NCBI RefSeq assembly: GCF_042660085.1
Contig: NZ_JBHSTI010000002.1
Coordinates: 270,001-302,000, forward strand
Direction: 5' to 3'
Source: Longivirga aurantiaca
GTDB taxonomy: Bacteria > Actinomycetota > Actinomycetes > S36-B12 > CAIYMF01
DNA: 32,000 nucleotides
A program made the translations under genes and the position numbers. Below, piece after piece: positions 1 through 7,216 of this stretch. Under the pieces are notes generated by a model. That model worked only from the letters and a program-made list of their open reading frames with translations, did no database searches and had not been told where the DNA came from. The number at the start of each line of letters is the position of its first letter. Positions within the stretch are counted from its first letter, which is position 1.

Positions 1-518
1 TTGAGCGCCAGCCACTCGTCGTCGTCCAGGCCGGGGAGGAACGAGCGCAGCCGGACGCCGTCGGGGAGGCTCGCCGCGGGGAGCGCTGCGAACAAGGAGC
101 GGCGCATCTGCCACAGGACGCGGCTGCGGACGAACCCGAGCGAGGCCGCCAGCGGCGCGGCGCCCCCCTGCTCGCCGTGCGACCAGAGGCGCAGGCGCCC
201 GTCCGGGCTCTCGTCCAGGAGGTGCTGCACGATGCCGTGCCCGACTCCCTGGCGGCGCGCGTCGGGGGTGACGGCGAGCTCCGCGCTCGACCCCGCGACC
301 TTGTCGGTGACATCGAGGTGCGCGTAGCCGACGAGGCGGCCCTCGGACCGTGCCAGCACATGCCGGACGTCGACGTCGCCGCCGTACCGGAGGTGCAGCA
401 TCACGTGCTCGGACAGCGGACGCGTGCCGTCGGACTCGGTGACCTGCTCGACGAGCAAGCCGACCTCACGCACGTCGGTCTCGTCGAGATGCCGGAGCAC
501 CTCCCACTGCACATCCAC
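1..518 (-). CDS. mshD: Mycothiol synthase (mycothiol acetyltransferase) MshD, N-terminal ~172 aa; 3' end runs off the window
   Basis: Own reverse-strand translation from GTG at 518 (in-frame TAG at 528-530 just upstream): VDVQWEVLRHLDETDVREV..LSEHVMLHLRYGG..AELAVTPDARRQGVGHGIV..RLWSHGEQGGAAPLAASLGFVRSRVLWQMRRSL..LPDGVRLRSFLPGLDDDEWLALN. This is colinear with tandem-GNAT MshD. The gene is adjacent to glnR, as Rv0819 is to Rv0818 in M. tuberculosis. Confidence 0.8.
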   Translation of the reverse strand, partial: MDVQWEVLRHLDETDVREVGLLVEQVTESDGTRPLSEHVMLHLRYGGDVDVRHVLARSEGRLVGYAHLDVTDKVAGSSAELAVTPDARRQGVGHGIVQHLLDESPDGRLRLWSHGEQGGAAPLAASLGFVRSRVLWQMRRSLFAALPAASLPDGVRLRSFLPGLDDDEWLAL

Positions 519-573
519 GCGCCGACCCTACGGGTCGTCCTCGCCCACGGCCCCCGCAGCAGCCCCGGGCGGG

Positions 574-1299
574 TCAGCCGACGGGCGCGGGCGACGGCTC
601 GGGGACGACGCTGACCTCGTCGCGCGGCGGCGCGATCACGAAGCGGTAGCCGACGTTGCGCACGGTGCCGATGACCGACTCGTGCTCCGGGCCGAGCTTG
701 GCGCGCAGGCGGCGGACGTGGACGTCCACGGTCCGCGTGCCGCCGAAGTAGTCGTAGCCCCAGACCTCCTGCAGCAGCTGGGCGCGGGAGAACACGCGGC
801 CCGGGTGCTGGGCGAGGAACTTGAGGAGCTCGAACTCCTTGTAGGTGAGGTCGAGGATCCGGCCGCGGACCCGTGCGGTGTACGTGGCCTCGTCGATGGC
901 GACGTCGCCGCTGCGGATCTCGTCCGGCACGTCGTCGTCGACGGCGCGGGCCAGCCGTCCGATCGAGAGGCGCAGGCGGGCGTCCACCTCGGCGGGACCG
1001 GCGGTCTCGAGCACGACGTCGTCGACGCCCCACTCGGCAGTGACACCGACGAGGCCGCCCTCGGTCGTGATGAGCAGGACGGGCACGTCGACACCGGTCG
1101 TGCGCAGGAGGCGCGTGAAGCTGCGCACCTGGGGCAGGTCGCGGCGGCCGTCGACCAGGATCGCGTCGCACGCAGGAGCGTCGAGCAGGGCGGTCGCCTC
1201 GGCAGGCAGGACGCGCACATGGTGCGACAGGAGGCCGAGCGCGGGGAGCACCTCGGACGAGGGCAGCAGGGCGTTGGTCAGCAGCAGCAACGTGGGCAC
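574..1299 (-). CDS. glnR: Orphan OmpR-family response regulator GlnR (global nitrogen regulator)
   Basis: C-terminal part of ORF 574..2430(-). (V)[75 protein letters not shown] matches the Streptomyces GlnR N-terminus almost residue for residue, and is followed by a winged-helix domain ([53 protein letters not shown]). GTG at 1299 is preceded by GGGAGGAGG with a 4-nt spacer. The in-frame ATG at 1314 is an alternative start. Confidence 0.85.
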   Translation of the reverse strand: MPTLLLLTNALLPSSEVLPALGLLSHHVRVLPAEATALLDAPACDAILVDGRRDLPQVRSFTRLLRTTGVDVPVLLITTEGGLVGVTAEWGVDDVVLETAGPAEVDARLRLSIGRLARAVDDDVPDEIRSGDVAIDEATYTARVRGRILDLTYKEFELLKFLAQHPGRVFSRAQLLQEVWGYDYFGGTRTVDVHVRRLRAKLGPEHESVIGTVRNVGYRFVIAPPRDEVSVVPEPSPAPVG

Positions 1300-1337
1300 G
1301 CGGCCTCCTCCCATCGGCGCCGGGGTCCGGGTTCTCC

Positions 1338-1360
1338 GGTCCTCAAAGCGCGTGAGGACC
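1338..1360. promoter_or_regulatory. Inverted repeat GGTCCTCA-N7-TGAGGACC in the glnR / hydrolase divergent intergenic region (candidate operator)
   Basis: Perfect 8-bp arms read directly from the sequence, lying between the divergent starts at 1299(-) and 1405(+). Confidence 0.3.
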
Positions 1361-1404
1361 CGTACGGCGTCGTCGCCGGGGTCCTCGTGGGAGAGACTAG
1401 CAAG

Positions 1405-2289
1405 GTGGATCTGCGTCCCTCGTCCCGGCACCCCGTGCACCCGCCCGAGCGGGTCGTCACCCTGCTGACGGCCGACGGCCAGCGCGTGTCCGCGGCGTAC
1501 GACGCGCCCCTGCCCGGAGCGGTGGACGGGCTGACGATCGTGGTGGCCCACGGGTTCACCGGGAGCTGGCGGCGTCCGGACAACCGCGCGATCGCGCAGG
1601 CGCTCTCTGCCCACGCCGCCGTCGTCTCGTACGACGCGCGCGGGCACGGCCGGTCGTCCGGGGCGACGACGCTCGGCGACGACGAGGTGCTCGACCTGGA
1701 CGCCGTGGCGGCGTGGGCGCGCTGGCTCGGCGCGACGTCGGTGGCGACGGTCGGCTTCTCGATGGGCGGCTCGGTGGTGCTCCGGCACGCGGCGCTCACG
1801 GGCCGCTCGACCCGCGAGGGCGCCGACGCCGTCGTGTCGGTGAGCGCTGCGGGCTTCTGGTTCTACAAGGGCACGGCTCCGATGCGGCTCCTGCACACGG
1901 CGGTGGCCTCGCCCGTCGGCCGCGGGATCCTGCGGCACGGGTTCGGCACCCGGGTGACCGCCACCGAGTGGCAGGAGCCGTACCCGCTGTCGCCGTCGGA
2001 GTCGGCCTCGCTGCTGGCTCCGCTGCCGCTGCTCGTCGTCCACGGCGACCGCGACACCTACTTCCCGCTCGAGCACTCGCGCTCGATCGTGCGGGCCGCC
2101 AGGGCCGGAGCGGCGGAGCGCGGCGTGGCCGACCGCGCCGAGGAGTGGGTGGAGCGAGGGTTCGCGCACGCGGAGTCGGCAGCGACCCCGGACCTCGTCG
2201 ACCGGATCGGCCGGTGGTGCACAGGCGCCGTGGGGCACGATGCACGCGGAGCGGCCGACGGCGCCGTCGCGAGAAGGAGCACCCCGTGA
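1405..2289 (+). CDS. Alpha/beta-fold hydrolase
   Basis: C-terminal part of ORF 424..2289. [29 protein letters not shown] (GxSxG nucleophile elbow)..[20 protein letters not shown] at 1405 is preceded by GGGAGAG; the start is uncertain (GTG at 1387 is an alternative). Confidence 0.75.
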   Translation: MDLRPSSRHPVHPPERVVTLLTADGQRVSAAYDAPLPGAVDGLTIVVAHGFTGSWRRPDNRAIAQALSAHAAVVSYDARGHGRSSGATTLGDDEVLDLDAVAAWARWLGATSVATVGFSMGGSVVLRHAALTGRSTREGADAVVSVSAAGFWFYKGTAPMRLLHTAVASPVGRGILRHGFGTRVTATEWQEPYPLSPSESASLLAPLPLLVVHGDRDTYFPLEHSRSIVRAARAGAAERGVADRAEEWVERGFAHAESAATPDLVDRIGRWCTGAVGHDARGAADGAVARRSTP

Positions 2290-2588
2290 GCGTGACGGTC
2301 CGCTACTGGGCGGCCGCCAAGGCGGCGGCCGGGGTCGCCGACGAGCAGCTCGACAGCGGAGGCACCCTGGCCTCCCTCCTCGACGGCGTCCGTGCGGCTC
2401 ACGGCACCGAGCTCGCCACCGTCCTGGCACGCTGCTCGTACCTCGTCGACGAGGTGAGCCCGGGCAGGACGCCGCACGCCGAGGTGGTCGTGGCCGACGG
2501 CTCGGTCGTGGACGTGCTCCCGCCCTTCGCCGGCGGCAGTGGCGCGACGGAACAGACGGAGACCCCCGCGGCGTTGGTAGCCCCGTGA
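2286..2588 (+). CDS. MoaD/ThiS-family sulfur-carrier-like protein with a 16-residue extension after the Gly-Gly
   Basis: [73 protein letters not shown]. The GTG start overlaps the upstream stop (GTGA) and the stop overlaps the next start (GTGA). Confidence 0.75.
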   Translation: MSVTVRYWAAAKAAAGVADEQLDSGGTLASLLDGVRAAHGTELATVLARCSYLVDEVSPGRTPHAEVVVADGSVVDVLPPFAGGSGATEQTETPAALVAP

Positions 2589-3058
2589 CCGGTGTCTACG
2601 TGGTGCTCGGCGTGCTGGTGCTCGCCACGGCGTTCGGGCTCTACCGACGCCGTACCGACGGCACGATGCGCGAGGTCGAGATCCCTGCCGACACGCAGGA
2701 CTCGAAGAAGGTGCCAGGAGCTCCGATCGGCTCGGGCCACGCGCACCAGGGCGACCGCATGGACACCGCCGACCTCGGGGTCGAGCTCGGCGACCGCGCC
2801 ACGCTCGTGCAGTTCTCGAGCGCCTTCTGCGCCCCGTGCCGCACCACCCGCGTGATCCTCGACGAGGTCGCCGGCCAGGTCGAGGGGGTCACGCACGTGG
2901 AGATCGACGCCGAGGAGCACCTCGACCTCGTGCGCCGCATGGACGTGCGGCGCACCCCGACCGTGCTGGTGCTCGACGCCTCGGGGGCCGTCCGGGTGCG
3001 TGCCGCGGGCGCCCCGCGCAAGGCCGACGTCGTCGCGGCCCTGGGCACGTTCCTGTGA
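2585..3058 (+). CDS. Membrane-anchored thioredoxin-like protein (ThiX-like, CxxC = CAPC)
   Basis: N-terminal TM segment [17 protein letters not shown], followed by a thioredoxin fold: [49 protein letters not shown]. It occupies the position of Rv0816c thiX. Confidence 0.75.
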   Translation: MTGVYVVLGVLVLATAFGLYRRRTDGTMREVEIPADTQDSKKVPGAPIGSGHAHQGDRMDTADLGVELGDRATLVQFSSAFCAPCRTTRVILDEVAGQVEGVTHVEIDAEEHLDLVRRMDVRRTPTVLVLDASGAVRVRAAGAPRKADVVAALGTFL

Positions 3059-3073
3059 GCGGCGCTGGCACGC

Positions 3074-3100
3074 GGGTGTTGCGAACGATTCGCAACACCC
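3074..3100 (+). terminator. Stem-loop GGGTGTTGCGAA-cga-TTCGCAACACCC downstream of the thioredoxin-like gene
   Basis: Perfect 12-bp inverted repeat starting 16 nt after the stop at 3058; there is no U-tract. Confidence 0.45.
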
Positions 3101-3174
3101 CGACCGGTGGCGGAGCAGTCTCACGATCCGGCACCGGGTGTCCAACTCGTGGACCGGCACCTATCCTCGACCCC

Positions 3175-3252
3175 ATGCAGACGGTGGTTCTCACCAAGCG
3201 ACGCGCAGTGGACTTCTGCCGCGTCGGGTCCTGCATGTGTCGAGCCTCCTGA
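3175..3252 (+). CDS. Candidate leaderless Cys-rich leader peptide (25 aa: MQTVVLTKRRAVDFCRVGSCMCRAS)
   Basis: The ATG at 3175 lies 7 nt downstream of a TANNNT hexamer (TATCCT, 3162-3167) with no SD sequence. Three Cys codons fall in the last 11 codons. The sORF sits 80 nt upstream of the DUF4395 gene, and CATGCAG (3174-3180) is complementary to CTGCATG (3231-3237), which spans Cys20/Met21. Confidence 0.4.
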   Translation: MQTVVLTKRRAVDFCRVGSCMCRAS

Positions 3253-3331
3253 ACCGGTAGCCCGGGTGCCCATGGCACCCCCGCGGATCCGGTCGAACGC
3301 AGCCCTTCCGTGCCGCTTCGTAGGAGACACC

Positions 3332-3808
3332 GTGACCACGCTCGACTCCCGCCCCACCGCGACCGCCCGCCCGCGTCAGATCGACGCGCGTGGTCCCCGG
3401 TTCGCTGCCGCGATCACCGTCGTGGTGCTCGCCGCCACGCTCGTGACCATCGACTCCACGCTCTCGGTGGTCCTGCTGGCGGTCCAGGCGGTCGCGTTCG
3501 CGCTCGGCTCGCTCGTGGGCCTGCACGCGCAGCCGTACGGCTGGATCTTCCGCTCGCTCGTCCGCCCGCGGCTCGCGCCGCCCACGAAGTTCGAGGACGT
3601 CGCACCGCCGCGCTTCGCGCAGACCGTCGGTCTCGTCTTCGCCGTCGTCGGTCTCGCCGGTCTCCTCACCGGCGCGACCGTCGTCGCGTACGTCGCGGTG
3701 TCGTTCGCTCTCGCGGCCGCGTTCCTCAACGCCGCGTTCGACTTCTGCCTCGGGTGCGAGATGTACCTGCTCGGCAAGCGCGTGCTCGGCTCGCGCGCCG
3801 CAGCCTGA
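3332..3808 (+). CDS. DUF4395 domain membrane protein
   Basis: GTG at 3332 with AGGAGA at 3322-3327. IDARGPRFAAAITVVVL..PYGWIFRSLVRPRLAPP..EDVAPPRFAQTVGLVFAV..AAFLNAAFDFCLGCEMY is typical of DUF4395. Confidence 0.8.
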   Translation: MTTLDSRPTATARPRQIDARGPRFAAAITVVVLAATLVTIDSTLSVVLLAVQAVAFALGSLVGLHAQPYGWIFRSLVRPRLAPPTKFEDVAPPRFAQTVGLVFAVVGLAGLLTGATVVAYVAVSFALAAAFLNAAFDFCLGCEMYLLGKRVLGSRAAA

Positions 3809-3905
3809 CCCACCCGGTCCTCGCGGCGCCGGCCGCCGTCGTGCAGCTTCGCCGCGACCGGCGACGGCACGAACGTCCCTCCGCCCTCACCTCGAAGGAC
3901 TCCTC

Positions 3906-4154
3906 ATGGCTCCTCAGGCCGTCATCCAGGGCACGGTGTCGCAGGCCGGCCGGCCGGTCGGCGGCGCGTACGTGCGCCTGTCCGTCCCCGGTGGCCGGCT
4001 CGCGGCCGAGGTGCCCACGAGCAAGACCGGGACGTTCCGCTTCTTCGCCGCCCCGGGCAGCTGGACCCTGACGACCCTGGCGCCGGGCTCGACCGTCGAC
4101 CGCACGGTCGCCGTCGAGCAGGACCAGGTCTCCGAGGTCCACGTCGCGATCTGA
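3906..4154 (+). CDS. DUF1416 domain protein (SseC-like)
   Basis: 82 aa: IQGTVSQAGRPVGGAYVRL..GRLAAEVPTSKTGTFRFFAAPGSWTLTTL matches the DUF1416 pattern (M. tuberculosis SseC2, Rv0814c). Confidence 0.8.
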   Translation: MAPQAVIQGTVSQAGRPVGGAYVRLSVPGGRLAAEVPTSKTGTFRFFAAPGSWTLTTLAPGSTVDRTVAVEQDQVSEVHVAI

Positions 4155-4217
4155 CGCGACCCACCGTCCACACTCCCGACCCTCACCGCACCACCGAAAC
4201 CGACAGGAGATCCACCC

Positions 4218-4850
4218 ATGTCCATCCGCCTCGGCGACGTCGCCCCCGACTTCAGCGCCGACACCACCGCCGGCCCCATCAGCTTCCACGACTGGAAGGC
4301 CGGCAGCTGGGCCGTGCTGTTCAGCCACCCGGCCGACTTCACCCCCGTCTGCACCACCGAGCTCGGCCGCACCGCCTCGCTCAAGGGCGAGTTCGACAAG
4401 CGCAACGTCAAGGCCATCGCGGTGTCGGTGGACGGCGTCGAGAGCCACAACGCATGGGCCGGCGACATCAAGGACGTCAGCGGCAGCGAGCTCAACTTCC
4501 CGATCATCGGCGACGAGAGCCGTGAGGTCTCGCTGGCCTACGACATGATCCACCCGGGCGAGGGCGACACCTCCACCGTGCGCTCGGTGTTCATCATCGA
4601 CCCCAACAACAAGGTGCGCCTCACGCTCACCTACCCGAAGTCCGTCGGCCGCAACTTCGACGAGATCGTCCGCGTCATCGACGCCCTGCAGCTCACCGAC
4701 AAGGCGACCGTCTCGACGCCGGTCGACTGGACGCCGGGCTCGCGCGTCATCGTCGCGCCGACCATCTCGACCGAGGACGCCAGGGAGAAGTTCGGCGAGG
4801 TCGAGGAGGTCAAGCCGTACCTGCGCTGGACCCCGCAGCCGAACGTCTGA
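4218..4850 (+). CDS. 1-Cys peroxiredoxin (Prx6 subfamily)
   Basis: LGDVAPDFSADTT..WAVLFSHPADFTPVCTTELG..FPIIGD..VRSVFIIDPNNKVRL..YPKSVGRNFDEI.RVIDALQ; AGGAGA RBS upstream. Confidence 0.9.
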   Translation: MSIRLGDVAPDFSADTTAGPISFHDWKAGSWAVLFSHPADFTPVCTTELGRTASLKGEFDKRNVKAIAVSVDGVESHNAWAGDIKDVSGSELNFPIIGDESREVSLAYDMIHPGEGDTSTVRSVFIIDPNNKVRLTLTYPKSVGRNFDEIVRVIDALQLTDKATVSTPVDWTPGSRVIVAPTISTEDAREKFGEVEEVKPYLRWTPQPNV

Positions 4851-4895
4851 CCCGCCTCACCCCTCAGTCTCCCCGGCTCCCGCCGGTGAGGGTCG

Positions 4896-4931
4896 GAACG
4901 GCCGTGGACCTCTCGAGGTCCACGGCCGTTC
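4896..4931. terminator. Bidirectional hairpin terminator between convergent genes
   Basis: GAACGGCCGTGGACC-tctcga-GGTCCACGGCCGTTC, a perfect 15-bp stem. Confidence 0.6.
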
Positions 4932-4946
4932 TTACGTCCTCCGTGG

Positions 4947-5465
4947 TCAGGCGGCGGCGGGCCAGTCGGCGATGGGGTCGAGGGCGAGCGTGGCTGTGCG
5001 GATCATCTCGCTCAGGTCGCGCGGGGAGTGCCGCAGGTAGAGCGGGCCGCTGCCGTCGACGAGCATCTCGTGCACCAGCGCGACGCCGCGGGCGGACACC
5101 GGGACGGGCGCGACGAGCTGGTCGACCAGCTCCGCGAGGTCGCGCTCGACCTCGCGCACGGCGGGCAGGTCGGCAAGCGGGGGCTGGCGACGTCGCAGCG
5201 GGCTGGACGCCTCGTGCAGCACACGGCTGATCGCGCGGGCGAGCGCGAGGCGGGTAGAGGGCCGGGCGAGACGCTGGGCGCGCAGCGACAGCAGCGGGTG
5301 CGACTCGGGGCTGCGACCTGCGGCGAGCTGGCGGTCGAGCCGTGCGGCGAGGATCCGGGCGAGGACGCGCTCGCGCCGGGTGGCCTCGCGGGCCTCGACG
5401 CCCCACGGCCCGGTCTCGACCACGCAGGGCACCGATCGACGACCGTCACTCCGCCTCGCGATCAT
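4947..5465 (-). CDS. Hypothetical protein (Arg/Leu/Ala-rich, helical; no family recognised)
   Basis: ORF 4947..5498(-). G/C-ending codons dominate from about codon 20 onward. The ATG at 5465 has GGGGAG 8 nt upstream. Confidence 0.55.
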   Translation of the reverse strand: MIARRSDGRRSVPCVVETGPWGVEAREATRRERVLARILAARLDRQLAAGRSPESHPLLSLRAQRLARPSTRLALARAISRVLHEASSPLRRRQPPLADLPAVREVERDLAELVDQLVAPVPVSARGVALVHEMLVDGSGPLYLRHSPRDLSEMIRTATLALDPIADWPAAA

Positions 5466-5598
5466 CGCGACCACTCCCCGGCCCGGCACTCTGGGCATCC
5501 ATCCGGTGCGTACCCGATGGTTGTCGGCAGTCGGAGCCCCCGTCCTTCGCCTCGTCCAGTGTCACCCTTGCCACAGGCCCACGCCACCGATCGGCGCC

Positions 5599-5961
5599 TC
5601 AGTAGACGAGGGCCTGGGTGTCGTCGGAGAGGGCTTCGGCCAGGAAGGTCGCAGCGCCGGCGATGCGCGCGCCCGGCGCGAGGTCGCCCTCGGCGATGCC
5701 GCGGCGCACGGCGCACTGCGTGCACACCGTCACCTGCCCGCCGGCGAGCACGGCCTCCACGAGGTCGGCGAGGGGTGTGGAGTGCGCGAGCGCGAGATCC
5801 GGCACCCGACCGGTGACCCCGAGCCAGACGGCATCGCCGGTCAACCACAGCGAGGTCTCGACTCCGGAGGCCACGGCGGTCGCGGCGACGGTGAGGGCTT
5901 GGGACAACCGCTCCGGCGCCTCGGCGCCGCAGGTGACCTTGACGACCAGACGGCGTGCCAC
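5599..5961 (-). CDS. DsrE/DsrF-like sulfur-relay family protein
   Basis: GTG at 5961 preceded by GAGGAGG with a 5-nt spacer. RRLVVKVTCGAEAPERLSQALTVAATAVASG..SLWLTGDAVWL..VTVCTQCAVRRGI..GARIAGAATFLAE. Confidence 0.75.
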   Translation of the reverse strand: MARRLVVKVTCGAEAPERLSQALTVAATAVASGVETSLWLTGDAVWLGVTGRVPDLALAHSTPLADLVEAVLAGGQVTVCTQCAVRRGIAEGDLAPGARIAGAATFLAEALSDDTQALVY

Positions 5962-6070
5962 GACTGCCTCCTCGGGGTGGGTACCGGCCACGGTAACGCG
6001 GACGGTGGCGGTGCGGCTCCGAGGGTCGTGGGGGAGGCGCAGATACGATGCGCGCGTGGTGGAGACCGTC

Positions 6071-6151
6071 ATGACCGTGCTGCTGGTGCTGGTCATCGTC
6101 GCCGTCGTCGGCGTCGCCGGCACCGTCGTCGTCCGCCTGTACCGCGGCTGA
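6071..6151 (+). CDS. Candidate 26-aa hydrophobic micro-protein (MTVLLVLVIVAVVGVAGTVVVRLYRG)
   Basis: ATG with GGAGA 5 nt upstream. It encodes a single TM-like helix with a basic C-terminus, and ends 24 nt before the nitrobindin start. Confidence 0.3.
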   Translation: MTVLLVLVIVAVVGVAGTVVVRLYRG

Positions 6152-6175
6152 CCCCGCCCGATCGAGAGGCCCGCG

Positions 6176-6736
6176 ATGAGCACCCCCGACGAGTCCGCAG
6201 CGCCCGCACCGGACCTGCCCGACCTCGGCTACCCGATCGAGCTCGCGCACCTGTCATGGCTCATCGGCAGCTGGGTCGGGGTGGGCCTCGGGCAGTACCC
6301 GACGATCGAGGACTTCCGGTTCGGCCAGGAGGTCACCTTCGCGACCGACGGCCGCCCGTTCCTGTCGTACTGGAGCCGCAGCTGGGAGCTCGACGACGAC
6401 GGCAACCGCATCAAGCCGCGGGCCACGGAATCGGGCTTCCTGCGGCCGCGGCCGGACAACGGCGTCGAGATGCTGCTCGCGCACCCGAGCGGATACGCCG
6501 AGGTCTGGGTCGGGAAGGTCGTCGTCGACGCCATCGAGAACGCCGTCATCACCGGCGCCCACGCCGAGCTGCACACCGACGTCGTCGCGCGCACCGAGTC
6601 GGCCAAGGAGGTCACCGGTGGCGGCCGGCTCTACGGCCTGCGCGAGGGCGACCTGCTCTGGACGTACGACATGGCAGCGGTCGGCCAGCCGCTCACCAAC
6701 CACCTGTCGGCGCGCCTCAAGCGGGTGACCCCGTGA
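6176..6736 (+). CDS. Nitrobindin / FABP-like protein (UPF0678, DUF1794; Rv0813c/Rv2717c-like)
   Basis: LSWLIGSWVGVGLGQYPTIEDFRFGQEVTF..GRPFLSY.S.SW..E.GFLRP....VE.LLAHPSG..EVW.G. Confidence 0.8.
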   Translation: MSTPDESAAPAPDLPDLGYPIELAHLSWLIGSWVGVGLGQYPTIEDFRFGQEVTFATDGRPFLSYWSRSWELDDDGNRIKPRATESGFLRPRPDNGVEMLLAHPSGYAEVWVGKVVVDAIENAVITGAHAELHTDVVARTESAKEVTGGGRLYGLREGDLLWTYDMAAVGQPLTNHLSARLKRVTP

Positions 6737-7170
6737 CCCAGTCCGCCGAGTGGGAGCAGCGCCTGCGTCGGGGCGGGTACCGCATCACGCCCCAGCGCCA
6801 GCTGGTCCTCGAGGCCGTCGAGCGGCTGCGGCACGGGACGCCGGAGGAGATCCTCGCCGAGGTGCAGCGCACCGCCTCCGGCGTGAACCTCTCCACGATC
6901 TACCGCAACCTCGAGGTGCTCGAGGAGGTCGGACTGGTCACGCACGCGCACATCGGGCACGGAGCACCGACGTACCACGCGGTCGACGACCACGTGCACA
7001 TCCACCTGGTCTGCGACACGTGCGCCGCCGTGCAGAGCATCGGCGCGGGCATTGCCGAGGACTTCCTCGACGAGCTGCGCCGCACGACCGGGTTCGTGAC
7101 CGATATCAGCCACGTCGCCCTGCACGGCACCTGCGCCGACTGCAGCGCCAAGGGCGTCGGCACCCACTGA
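6733..7170 (+). CDS. Fur-family metalloregulator
   Basis: The GTG overlaps the nitrobindin stop (GTGA). GYRITPQRQLVLEAV..GTPEEI...V......VNLSTIYRNLEVLEEVGLV.H...G.....YH..HVHIHLVCDTC..HGTCADC, with two CxxC pairs. Confidence 0.85.
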   Translation: MTQSAEWEQRLRRGGYRITPQRQLVLEAVERLRHGTPEEILAEVQRTASGVNLSTIYRNLEVLEEVGLVTHAHIGHGAPTYHAVDDHVHIHLVCDTCAAVQSIGAGIAEDFLDELRRTTGFVTDISHVALHGTCADCSAKGVGTH

Positions 7171-7216
7171 CCCGAGCCGGGGGAAGGATCTCGCCCCCCG
7201 GGTCGTTGGAGACGCT

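Noticed and set aside
424-2430. Giant ORFs 424..2289(+) and 574..2430(-), and other >200-aa ORFs overlapping glnR and the hydrolase.
   Set aside because: These are high-GC read-through artefacts. Only the 3' part of each (hydrolase from about 1405; glnR 574..1299) has family-like sequence and an RBS. The remainder is Arg/Pro/Gly-rich antisense translation of the neighbouring gene.
5380-7170. 596-aa ORF spanning the dsrE antisense strand, nitrobindin out of frame, and Fur.
   Set aside because: Only the last 145 codons (from GTG 6733) encode a recognisable Fur-family protein. The upstream part is Arg/Gly/Pro-rich noise overlapping two well-supported genes.
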